Shown here: piece after piece, positions 9,083 through 17,370 of the stretch | How the letters are laid out: each line of letters begins with the position of its first letter | How positions within the stretch are numbered: the first letter of the stretch is position 1 | Virus record (IMG/VR): IMGVR_UViG_3300045988_156211 | Length of the DNA stretch: 64,000 nt | DNA from: a virus | Direction: 5' to 3' (one strand) | The notes under the pieces: generated by a model | What the model was told of the DNA's origin: nothing | Databases searched by the model: none | What the model saw: only the letters and a program-made list of their open reading frames with translations | Made by a program: the position numbers and the translations under genes

Positions 9083-9862
9083 TTAAAGTTTTTCAGTTGA
9101 AACTCCAGACCCCATACCGTTTGTTCCTCTATCACTCTCCTTTGATAGTCTATCATAAGATGTATCGGTAGTTTCCAATAATATACTTCTAATATAGGGT
9201 ACATGTAAGAATTGTATAAGTCCCTTATTCTTAGCATAAGTAGCCATATCCAAAGTTATGGGCTTATCACTGATATTAGCTAATCCAATATGTATCTCCC
9301 CCGTATAGTCAGCATCTACTACTTCTGCAGTAAATATAAGACCATTATCGGTAGCCATACCAGATTTATTCTTAGCCAATAGACAAGTACCTTTGTCTAC
9401 TATCCATACTCTTATACCTGAAGGAATAGAAACTCTTCCATTTGGTCTGATAACTATGTTATCCACTTCTCCAAGTAGATTAGTATTGATCAGACAATGA
9501 CGGTATTTAATTATATCAGAAGGTTTTAGTACTGGCATAAAGAAATCTATACCAGCATCGTTCATACAGGCTCTTCTTGGACATTTTACTTCCCTTAATC
9601 TGGTGAAGTAAATCATATCTGATTCTCTAACTGGCTTTAAATCATCATGGAGATGAATTACATTATCATTTTTTCTTTTGCTAACCATGTCTTCATTTTT
9701 ATTATTTGTTTCTAAACTACCATCTCCAACAAAATCAAGTCTACTAATAAATTCCTCTTTTCTCTTAGCCCGATTCTCTCGATTTTCTTTAGAGATAGCC
9801 TCAATATCTTTATAAAAATTAATATACTTATATTTCAGACGTTTAACTCTTCTTGTTACCAT
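9083..9862 (-). CDS. dut: trimeric dUTPase with a roughly 90-aa basic N-terminal extension
   Basis: All five dUTPase motifs are present: NDAGIDFF, AKNKSGMA, VVDADYTGEIHIG, GLIQFL and DRGTNGMGSG. The start is uncertain (20-nt overlap with the upstream ORF; internal Met candidates exist). Confidence 0.85.
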   Translation of the reverse strand: MVTRRVKRLKYKYINFYKDIEAISKENRENRAKRKEEFISRLDFVGDGSLETNNKNEDMVSKRKNDNVIHLHDDLKPVRESDMIYFTRLREVKCPRRACMNDAGIDFFMPVLKPSDIIKYRHCLINTNLLGEVDNIVIRPNGRVSIPSGIRVWIVDKGTCLLAKNKSGMATDNGLIFTAEVVDADYTGEIHIGLANISDKPITLDMATYAKNKGLIQFLHVPYIRSILLETTDTSYDRLSKESDRGTNGMGSGVSTEKL

Positions 9863-10256
9863 ATAAGTCTCTGTATATTTTCCTTACATCCTTAGCAGGT
9901 ATTTCGAATTTCTCAGAGCATTTATTTATTATCTCCCTACGAGTATATTCGTCTTTCCTCTTTAACCTACGAATGTATTTCTTTAACCCGGGTATATCTA
10001 TTAGGGTATCGAGATCTTTATAGTGATTCTTATCCTCTAATTCCTTTCGAGTTATATTTAAGTTTTGAGACATTTTAAAAGCACATAATTCAGAATCGCC
10101 GCACATCTTACATTCTGAAGTACTTAGATCGTAATTTTTACCAAAACAAGGATCTCCATTAGAACCTATATCCTTTATGTTTATAGGTTCTAAGGGATCC
10201 TGTTTTGTAAGATCTAACATTTTTTTCTTTTTATTAGTCTTACCTATAGAACCCAT
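9843..10256 (-). CDS. hypothetical Cys-cluster protein
   Basis: 137-aa ORF with DPCFGKNYDLSTSECKMCGDSELC (a possible zinc knuckle) and a basic C-terminal half. Confidence 0.55.
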   Translation of the reverse strand: MGSIGKTNKKKKMLDLTKQDPLEPINIKDIGSNGDPCFGKNYDLSTSECKMCGDSELCAFKMSQNLNITRKELEDKNHYKDLDTLIDIPGLKKYIRRLKRKDEYTRREIINKCSEKFEIPAKDVRKIYRDLYGNKKS

Positions 10257-10260
10257 AATA

Positions 10261-10803
10261 TTATGATATCTTTAGATCATACTTATAGATTACGTGAACA
10301 ATTCCGGACCACATACCGTCTTCTTTGCTTACCTCTTCATAGTATTCTGAACCAACCAGTGGACTTGGTAAACCATAGATAGTGTATAGCTGATTATTAA
10401 GCTTAGCATCTATCAACTGATTCTTAATACGAATGAGATCTTGAAGATTCAACAAGGATAGAGTTAATACCATGTTATCATATACAATGCTAAACCGGTG
10501 AATAGTAAATGGTCCAAGTTTAGAACCGCTTATACTGGTTACAAACCTAAAACCAGGATCAATAAATATATTATTGCATACATCTATCTGGTTATTCACC
10601 TGTTCGACCTTTTCTTTTAGATCTTCCTTACTCTTAGGATCTATTTCCAATTCGGTTACCTCACCACCTATAACATTGAAGGTCTCTCCGCATTTTTTAC
10701 AGATAATGCTTACCTTATTATCTGAAGGACTAATTGTAACCCCATTTTCAGTACCGCATTTTGGGCACTTAAAGAATGATTTTTGAAATTTGCTCATGTT
10801 CAA
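10261..10803 (-). CDS. zinc-ribbon protein
   Basis: CPKCGTEN...N17...CKKCGETF is a CxxC-N-CxxC ribbon at the N-terminus. 180 aa. Confidence 0.55.
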   Translation of the reverse strand: MNMSKFQKSFFKCPKCGTENGVTISPSDNKVSIICKKCGETFNVIGGEVTELEIDPKSKEDLKEKVEQVNNQIDVCNNIFIDPGFRFVTSISGSKLGPFTIHRFSIVYDNMVLTLSLLNLQDLIRIKNQLIDAKLNNQLYTIYGLPSPLVGSEYYEEVSKEDGMWSGIVHVIYKYDLKIS

Positions 10804-10864
10804 AGTATTTAATTAATGTTTAACATTATATAATAGGTCGAAAGTAATATTTAATGTACTGGTA

Positions 10865-11365
10865 TTATTCCATAGTAATATGATTGATCAGCTCTGATAT
10901 AAGCTTGTAGTCTTTCTCTCGATGATAAGCAAGTTTCTTTGAAAGCATGTTTTCTAGATTTGCAAAGGGATAAGCAACAGTTCCCTCATTATCCAGTCTA
11001 CTGAAGCTACTTCCCAGGATAACCGAATTATCATTGTTATCAATTATGATAAGGTTAATGATAACTCCCTTGTAATAGAAAGCAACATTATTGGTATTAT
11101 AAGAGGGATCCATTTTAATATCGCTGGCATCGATAAGAGTTTGGATAGTAGATTTTATTGATAGGTATTCGGGTTTATTAATAAGTATATCCACGTCTCC
11201 CACCATATATTTATGCTTTTCAGCAAACTTAGGAAATTGCTTATATAAAGCAACTCTGCCAGTAATAGCAGTTTGTTCTGCAATACTGTTCTTTATTAGA
11301 ATGTCAGCATAGAAGCTTTCAATAGCTTTGGTATACTTCTCTTTGGTAAAAACTTTGTTAAGCAT
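10865..11365 (-). CDS. nucleotidyltransferase-fold protein (minimal NTase / DUF6036-AbiEii-like pattern)
   Basis: ITGRVALY...N19...VGDVDILI fits the hG[GS]...DxD NTase signature. The C-terminal LENMLSKKLAYHREKDYKLISELI resembles the conserved helix of that family. It is the first gene after a strong promoter. Confidence 0.4.
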   Translation of the reverse strand: MLNKVFTKEKYTKAIESFYADILIKNSIAEQTAITGRVALYKQFPKFAEKHKYMVGDVDILINKPEYLSIKSTIQTLIDASDIKMDPSYNTNNVAFYYKGVIINLIIIDNNDNSVILGSSFSRLDNEGTVAYPFANLENMLSKKLAYHREKDYKLISELINHITME

Positions 11366-11403
11366 AATTTTTATAATTTAAAGTGAAACAATTTATTTAT
11401 ATG

Positions 11404-11435
11404 CAAATATACTACATTTATTTTATATATGCAAA
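11404..11435 (-). promoter_or_regulatory. Bacteroidota-type promoter TTTG-N20-TATATTTG
   Basis: The minus strand reads TTTGCATATATAAAATAAATGTAGTATATTTGCA. The -7 box is at 11404-11411 and the -33 box at 11432-11435. It lies 39 nt upstream of the ATG at 11365. Confidence 0.7.
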
Positions 11436-11530
11436 TTTTATTTTATAATAAGCTGAGCTAAGTACTTATTGTTGTGGATTAGATCTTATCTTTTAGATCT
11501 TCCTTATTTTTGGGATTTATAGGTAGTGCC

Positions 11531-11558
11531 TATCTTCAGTTCCTGGGAACTGAAGATA
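11531..11558 (-). terminator. 13-bp stem-loop downstream of the helicase gene (no T-run)
   Basis: tATCTTCAGTTCCtgGGAACTGAAGATa. It lies between the helicase stop (11580) and the next promoter. Confidence 0.4.
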
Positions 11559-11579
11559 TGACATCATAGTACTTATGAT

Positions 11580-13058
11580 TTATATAGGATACGAGTATTT
11601 ATGCCTATTCTTCGAGAGATCTATAACCTTCAACCCCTGATCCATATAATAATTCTTTCTATGCCTACTATGCCTAGAAAGATATTTGCCCGGGTAAGCT
11701 AGATCATCCAAATAAACTCTACTCTTAGTTTTACTGGTTCTTACTAATCGTCCAAGGAACTGAATAGATTTTTCCTGAGAATCCATAGAGGATGCCTGTA
11801 TCATACATCTCAATAAAGGAAAGTTTTTACCACGAGCTATAATGGTAGTGGATATTAGGATATCTATATCACCACTCCTAAATTTATTCATTATATCTAC
11901 TCTCTCTTTAGTTGGAGTATTTACATGTACACAGGCAATTTTATATTTCTTAAGTTTATCTTTTAAGAATGTATAAAGATTTTCTGCATGTTTAACATAT
12001 TTGCATACTACGAGAGCAGGAACTCTGCCGTATGATAAATTATATTTTAATCGGAATAATACCATTTGCCAATTACGAGTATTATTCGTAATCATATCAT
12101 CATATAGATCCTTATAATCAGTATATTTTGATTCATAGTTACCATACCAATATTTCCCAGGAACTATCTTCACTATGGTATTAGTAGAATAACCCTTTTT
12201 AATGGATTCCTTTAAAGTGAATTTAGCTATTTCAGGACCAAAGAAAGATTCAAGGTTAAAGTTCTTAAGTTTATCCTTTGCTAACTTACTCATATAAATG
12301 GTTCCAGATAAACCTATTCTTACCCGGGTATTATATAAATGAGTTATAACGCTTTGATACATTTTATTGTTTGCCAAGTCAGCCTCATCTACTAATACCA
12401 TATCAATTTTAGATAACTCCCTTTGATAGGTTTTTATATTCCGGGATATAGATTGAACCATACCTATAGAAAACTGAGACCAATTATTTACTTTACTACC
12501 CTGAACATAGGTTATATTCTCATTGGGTAGATATTTACAAAATTCATCTTTGGCTTGTCTTAACCAATCGGCATCATTAGTTATCAATAAAGTTTTCAGT
12601 TTCTTTTTAAAGGATAGATACAAGGCTGACATAATTAAACTCTTACCAGCATTAACTGTATAGTTTATTACACCAATAGGATAAGATATACCCAATATCT
12701 TATTGTTTATAACGGATTCTACGGCTTTAATTTGTTCTGGCCTTAGTTTATATTCTCCTATAGACCTTATAGATTTATCTACCTTAGGTATTGGTAACCT
12801 TTCATCTAATATCCTAAAGTCTTTATACCCATAGCTATGTAATAGGTTTACTATCCTGGGTAACATACCAATTTTGAATTGTCCTCTGGCAGAAATAAAC
12901 TTCACCTTACCATCCCAATTAGCCATACCTCTGGCTCTGGTTCTTAAATAAAAGGCATTTGGATGTCTTATTGACAAATCATTGTATAATTTCAATGCCC
13001 ACTTCTGAGGTATATCAACCTCTCCTACATTACAATTTTTAATAATTATCCTTCCCAT
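11580..13058 (-). CDS. SF2 DEAD-box type DNA helicase (UvsW-like)
   Basis: Motif I is VNAGKSLIMS, motif II is VLVDEADL, motif III is LSGT and motif VI is QFLGRLVR. Confidence 0.85.
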   Translation of the reverse strand: MGRIIIKNCNVGEVDIPQKWALKLYNDLSIRHPNAFYLRTRARGMANWDGKVKFISARGQFKIGMLPRIVNLLHSYGYKDFRILDERLPIPKVDKSIRSIGEYKLRPEQIKAVESVINNKILGISYPIGVINYTVNAGKSLIMSALYLSFKKKLKTLLITNDADWLRQAKDEFCKYLPNENITYVQGSKVNNWSQFSIGMVQSISRNIKTYQRELSKIDMVLVDEADLANNKMYQSVITHLYNTRVRIGLSGTIYMSKLAKDKLKNFNLESFFGPEIAKFTLKESIKKGYSTNTIVKIVPGKYWYGNYESKYTDYKDLYDDMITNNTRNWQMVLFRLKYNLSYGRVPALVVCKYVKHAENLYTFLKDKLKKYKIACVHVNTPTKERVDIMNKFRSGDIDILISTTIIARGKNFPLLRCMIQASSMDSQEKSIQFLGRLVRTSKTKSRVYLDDLAYPGKYLSRHSRHRKNYYMDQGLKVIDLSKNRHKYSYPI

Positions 13059-13060
13059 GA

Positions 13061-13897
13061 TTATTTTATTTTATCCCATAAACTACCTTCATCCTCCTCT
13101 TCTTCATCTGATTCGGATTCTTTGCCCATAAATTTATATAAATACTTATTATACCTTGCTATAGACTTATCACTAGTTAGTGAAGAAAGTTCCGGTATCC
13201 CATTACACCAAGATAAACCCTCAAATTGAGCTGTGATATAATCTGGATAGTTATATAACCAATCCTTATCTTTCAAGAAATAATACAACTGAATAAAGTA
13301 TTGATACTTATTCATGTCTTTCTCAAAGGATTCTAGTATACCCGTTTTATCTGCAATTTTCTTTACATAATAATCGTGCATATCCTTTATTATCCTCTTA
13401 TCCTCTGAGGATAATTCCATGTATTCTTTCTGAGCTACATAAGTTTCGGTTATAACCTCTTGCATAGATATAAGCCTTTGAACTAAATTATGGGCATTGT
13501 TCATTTTAGATATGCCTATCTCTATGTATTTTATAAAACCTTCCCGGGCTTCCAATTGGAAATCCTTACAGAAGATATTACATATCTGAGCTAACTTTTT
13601 GCAATTAGTCCATTCCCTTTGTTGGGTTTCATTTATTTTTCTTACTCCTCGATGTTTTAATTTTATACGGGTAGCATATATAATATCGGCTACCAAATAG
13701 GCATCTCCCGTATTTGCTAGTAATATATTGTTAACTTTCTTATCAACTTTTTTACTGTTAACTAATATACTTCTAGAATTTAAAGCCGTTTTCTTAGCAT
13801 AAATTAACACATCTCTTACAGGTACATCAATCCCTAATTTATCGAAAATAATCTTCAACTGAGTACCCGTAACATGGATTGAAGGTTCTCTTTTCAT
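13061..13897 (-). CDS. hypothetical replication-module protein with acidic C-terminal tail
   Basis: 278-aa ORF between the helicase and the primase. It ends ESESDEEEEDEGSLWDKIK. Confidence 0.6.
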   Translation of the reverse strand: MKREPSIHVTGTQLKIIFDKLGIDVPVRDVLIYAKKTALNSRSILVNSKKVDKKVNNILLANTGDAYLVADIIYATRIKLKHRGVRKINETQQREWTNCKKLAQICNIFCKDFQLEAREGFIKYIEIGISKMNNAHNLVQRLISMQEVITETYVAQKEYMELSSEDKRIIKDMHDYYVKKIADKTGILESFEKDMNKYQYFIQLYYFLKDKDWLYNYPDYITAQFEGLSWCNGIPELSSLTSDKSIARYNKYLYKFMGKESESDEEEEDEGSLWDKIK

Positions 13898-13929
13898 ATA
13901 CTTTTTATTTATAAATATGAACTACTGTA

Positions 13930-14880
13930 TCATAATGAGTTCTTCATAGAAATGAGTTCTTGATAGTCTTGGTAATGATACTTGTACACATAAGATAAAA
14001 CTTTGTTTTTACCCAGGTCATTACAATCTTTACCATCTGGTAGATATACCACTTTTACCTTTTTATAGGCTACCAATTTTAAAGCCAGGTTTATAGCATA
14101 GGCTTTAGCATCTGGATCTAGTAAAATAATGAATCTTTCTACTGGAGACTTAATAAGTTCGTTTACTTGATAAGCACTTATAGATTTACCCATAGTAGCT
14201 ATGGCATTATTTCCCATGGTTAAAGCATTAAAAGCTCCTTCACATATAAATACTTTATTATACATCTCTAAAGCATCATGATTATATATGATAAACTCTT
14301 TACCTAAACCAGTAGTATCCTTATTGGGATTAGAATATCTTGGACCAGATCCTAAAACATTCCTGGCATTATAATACCTAAGTTCATTACCATAAAAAAA
14401 GGGTATTATCAAATATCCAAATAGATTACCCTTGTTACAATAACCAACTCCTTGAGAAGATAACTGATCTATATCAAACCCTCTATGTATAGCATAATTC
14501 CTTATTGACCTAGCTAACTGGGATTTACCGAACTTAATATTTATAAACCCCTCTGGAAGATATACATCTTTCTTTTCGGCTAATTCTATCTTCTCCTCTT
14601 TAAACTCTAAGTCATTGAAGTCTCCCTTGTTTAAGAAATGCAATAGTTCTCCATAATTATCGAACCCCTCTATATCCATAATTAATTGAGCTGGAGAAGG
14701 GTGGGCATTACATCTAAAACAATTACATCTATACAAGGATAGGTTTACTCCTAACTTCTCTACCCTATGACAATATGGGCATACGGGTATTCTCATCCAC
14801 CCATGTTTATAATCCCAAGCTCCTAACCTTTTTACAAAATAGGTCTTTAACTGGGATTTAAATCTATTGGTTATCTTCAT
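13930..14880 (-). CDS. DNA primase (zinc finger plus TOPRIM)
   Basis: CPYCHRVEK...CNCFRC is the zinc-binding region. The TOPRIM motifs are FICEGAFNAL and ILLDPD. Confidence 0.8.
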   Translation of the reverse strand: MKITNRFKSQLKTYFVKRLGAWDYKHGWMRIPVCPYCHRVEKLGVNLSLYRCNCFRCNAHPSPAQLIMDIEGFDNYGELLHFLNKGDFNDLEFKEEKIELAEKKDVYLPEGFINIKFGKSQLARSIRNYAIHRGFDIDQLSSQGVGYCNKGNLFGYLIIPFFYGNELRYYNARNVLGSGPRYSNPNKDTTGLGKEFIIYNHDALEMYNKVFICEGAFNALTMGNNAIATMGKSISAYQVNELIKSPVERFIILLDPDAKAYAINLALKLVAYKKVKVVYLPDGKDCNDLGKNKVLSYVYKYHYQDYQELISMKNSL

Positions 14881-15043
14881 GCTCTTTTAAGAAATTATTT
14901 ATACACTTCTTTATTTTCTTAATATCTCTTATACTAAGACAACCTATTGAGGTATATTGCCATCCATTTTGACTTATACTTAAACAATATCCTCCAAACC
15001 GTTTTGTAATTTCTACTATTGGTAATCTCTTCTTTTTATCCAT
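14864..15043 (-). CDS. hypothetical small protein
   Basis: ORF 14864..15088. I prefer the internal start MDKKKRLPIV (cat at 15041-15043), which abuts the stop of the helicase gene instead of overlapping it by 44 nt. Confidence 0.4.
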   Translation of the reverse strand: MDKKKRLPIVEITKRFGGYCLSISQNGWQYTSIGCLSIRDIKKIKKCINNFLKEHEDNQ

Positions 15044-15044
15044 A

Positions 15045-16487
15045 TTATATATCTCCACTAAGTTTATTACGTTTTTCTGGATCAGCATCTGGATTCACTT
15101 TCTTAGTTTTACCCTTGAGTTTTTCATCCAGTTTAGAACCATAAATCTGGTCATAATTCTTTCGTTGATCTTTGGTAAACTCTACTGCCCTTTGTCTATC
15201 TACATCTACCTTAAATAAAGCTCTTCCGAAAGGAACTCCATCTCGGTTAACTACTATCTCCAATCTTTGGATATTGTCCTTCTCCTCTTGAATAGTAGCA
15301 TTTAGACCTAATATACATTGGGCATTACGAACAATAGATATAGCTCCAGATATGTCATTTTCCTCATACCTAGTTTCTCTATGTTTAGCACCTTCTCGAG
15401 TAATGTGGTTCGCAGTCCATATACAATCTAATTGCATTTCATCGGCTAAATTTTGTATATCTACATAGATATTGGATATTCTATCGAAATCCTCTTTATC
15501 CCTATTTATTGAAGCTAGCTTGGCTGCATAGTCTATCATCACTACCCTTATATCTATACCCTGATTACGTAATTTAATAATCATATTCCTTATATAATTA
15601 CAATCGGTAATCATAGCAGGGACTCTATCGACTATAAACTCAACTCCAAATCTAGAAAGCTTTCTCATATGTTTAGCTTCCAGTTTATCATAGTCTCCAG
15701 AATATAATTCCTTTTTAGTTTTATTAATAGAAGACTGGATCATTCTATCCATGATCTGAGTTTTACCGTTTTCAGTGTCTATATATAAAACTGACTTCTT
15801 CATCCTAAGATAACCTCTTGCAGTATTAATTAGAAAGAAGGTTTTCTTAGCTTTTGGTTTATCTAATAATACTATTACTGAACCAGAAGGAAATCCGTTA
15901 GCATTGGTAAGTTGATTCAATTGTCTGAACGGAGAAGGTATTACATCTGGTTCAGCTTGACGTTTAAATTGTCTTTCTGTTATGTCCCTAATGAGATATA
16001 TGGGTTCATCCTCTTGTTTAGGCTTAGACTTCTTAAGTATTTGATCTACCTTCTTAGCATATTCTTCATATTGGTCAAAGTTGTTCAGGTCAAAAGAATC
16101 ATTAAGGTTCTTCATCTCTATATAGGTAGAAAACTTATAAATCTTATCTTGAATAAAGTCCGAATCTTTCAGTGGCTCTTCGTATAGGTTACGTATAATC
16201 TTAAATATATTAGGAATATCATCCTTAGTAACTAAATCAACGTATTCTTTAGATTCTAGTAACTCCTTCACTACCTCCTTTAATACATTTTGAGAAGGAA
16301 CATGTAAAGTCTTCTTATAATACTTAAACAATGCCTCGGCTATTAAAGCATGCTCTATTAAAACTAGGTAACTGGGCTTAATACGTTTTATCATCAAGCC
16401 CATCTCCTTTCCCTGGATTAGAAACCTTAAGATCTCTAATTGGAAATCCGTACTAAATTCGAACTTAACCTTACTACGACTATTCAT
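15045..16487 (-). CDS. DnaB-like replicative helicase
   Basis: LLDKPKAKKTFFLINTA is a deviant Walker A (compare RPxxGKTxF), VVMIDYAAKL is a Walker B, and LADEMQLDCIWTANHITREG follows. An N-terminal helical domain is present. Confidence 0.7.
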   Translation of the reverse strand: MNSRSKVKFEFSTDFQLEILRFLIQGKEMGLMIKRIKPSYLVLIEHALIAEALFKYYKKTLHVPSQNVLKEVVKELLESKEYVDLVTKDDIPNIFKIIRNLYEEPLKDSDFIQDKIYKFSTYIEMKNLNDSFDLNNFDQYEEYAKKVDQILKKSKPKQEDEPIYLIRDITERQFKRQAEPDVIPSPFRQLNQLTNANGFPSGSVIVLLDKPKAKKTFFLINTARGYLRMKKSVLYIDTENGKTQIMDRMIQSSINKTKKELYSGDYDKLEAKHMRKLSRFGVEFIVDRVPAMITDCNYIRNMIIKLRNQGIDIRVVMIDYAAKLASINRDKEDFDRISNIYVDIQNLADEMQLDCIWTANHITREGAKHRETRYEENDISGAISIVRNAQCILGLNATIQEEKDNIQRLEIVVNRDGVPFGRALFKVDVDRQRAVEFTKDQRKNYDQIYGSKLDEKLKGKTKKVNPDADPEKRNKLSGDI

Positions 16488-16579
16488 ATTTCTTAATATT
16501 TTATTTACTAATAGTTATAAGTTAGTATAGTAGGTGGAAACCCGCCAGTACTATGGACTACTAATCATAGACCACCTTT

Positions 16580-16648
16580 CAATCCTCAGCTATTTTTATA
16601 AAAATATGTATATTTATTTGCATATATAAAATAAATGTAATATATTTG
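16580..16648 (+). promoter_or_regulatory. Bacteroidota-type promoter with conserved 26-bp upstream box
   Basis: CAATCCTCAGCTATTTTTATAAAAAT, then TTTG (16617-16620), N20 and TATATTTG (16641-16648). The ATG is at 16676. It is near-identical to 55377-55445. Confidence 0.7.
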
Positions 16649-16675
16649 CAAAAATTATATTAAATAACCCGTATT

Positions 16676-17326
16676 ATGAGGAGAGAGAGTTACAATGGTT
16701 CAGAAATACATAGACTAAAACCTATGAAATCCTATGATAACAAGGTTTTTATGAAAATGTATAATCTGTGTAAACCAGTAATTAAGAACCTGGTATATCA
16801 CATAGATTATAGAAGATTTAACCTTACTCAGGATATCATAGAATCCTACTTCTGGGATAAGATGTTATATGTATTTAATAAGTACTATGATTCTTCTACT
16901 GAAGAACATCTTAAAGCTAGAATATTAGCTTCATTAAGTACTTATAAAAATAAGTTATTACGTTATGCTTATAGTGATAAAGCTTCCTATAATCAGAAGC
17001 TATCTAAGTTGGAGGATTTATTAGATAAGGATAAAGAAAGTTTAGATGATTCGGAAGATAATGAAGCATTATCCGAGATGTGGAACATGTTTACGGATTA
17101 TATGTATAAGAATTTATCCGAAGATGCTAAACTTATATTTGAGTGTTTAGTTAGTCCTCCCCCATATATAAAAGAAAGAATCAAAGAGGGTAGTAGAATA
17201 ACTAACATGATATTATTAGAGTTTTTTGATATGCCCCGTACTAAGAGTTCCCTAAAATATATTTCGGAAATAAGGGAGGATATAGATTATTGGTTAGATA
17301 GAGCTAAAAAAGATTTACACTACTAA
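16676..17326 (+). CDS. sigma-70/ECF-like transcription factor candidate
   Basis: LTQDIIESYFWDKMLYVFNKY...LKARILASLSTYKNKLLRYA resembles sigma region 2. LSEDAKLIFECLV...ITNMILLEF resembles region 4. It is the only + strand gene here, with its own promoter and a bidirectional terminator. Confidence 0.4.
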   Translation: MRRESYNGSEIHRLKPMKSYDNKVFMKMYNLCKPVIKNLVYHIDYRRFNLTQDIIESYFWDKMLYVFNKYYDSSTEEHLKARILASLSTYKNKLLRYAYSDKASYNQKLSKLEDLLDKDKESLDDSEDNEALSEMWNMFTDYMYKNLSEDAKLIFECLVSPPPYIKERIKEGSRITNMILLEFFDMPRTKSSLKYISEIREDIDYWLDRAKKDLHY

Positions 17327-17331
17327 CACAC

Positions 17332-17366
17332 AAAAATAGGGTAGAGATAATCTCTACCCTATTTTA
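17332..17366. terminator. bidirectional intrinsic terminator between convergent genes
   Basis: AAAAATAGGGTAGAGAtaaTCTCTACCCTATTTT has an A-run and a T-run on both sides. It lies between the + gene ending at 17326 and the - gene ending at 17371. Confidence 0.8.
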
Positions 17367-17370
17367 ATGA

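Noticed and set aside
16532-16577. A possible hairpin AGGTGG...CCACCT in the divergent intergenic region upstream of the DnaB-like gene.
   Set aside because: It has only a 6-bp stem with a 34-nt loop and no T-run. That is not distinguishable from chance.
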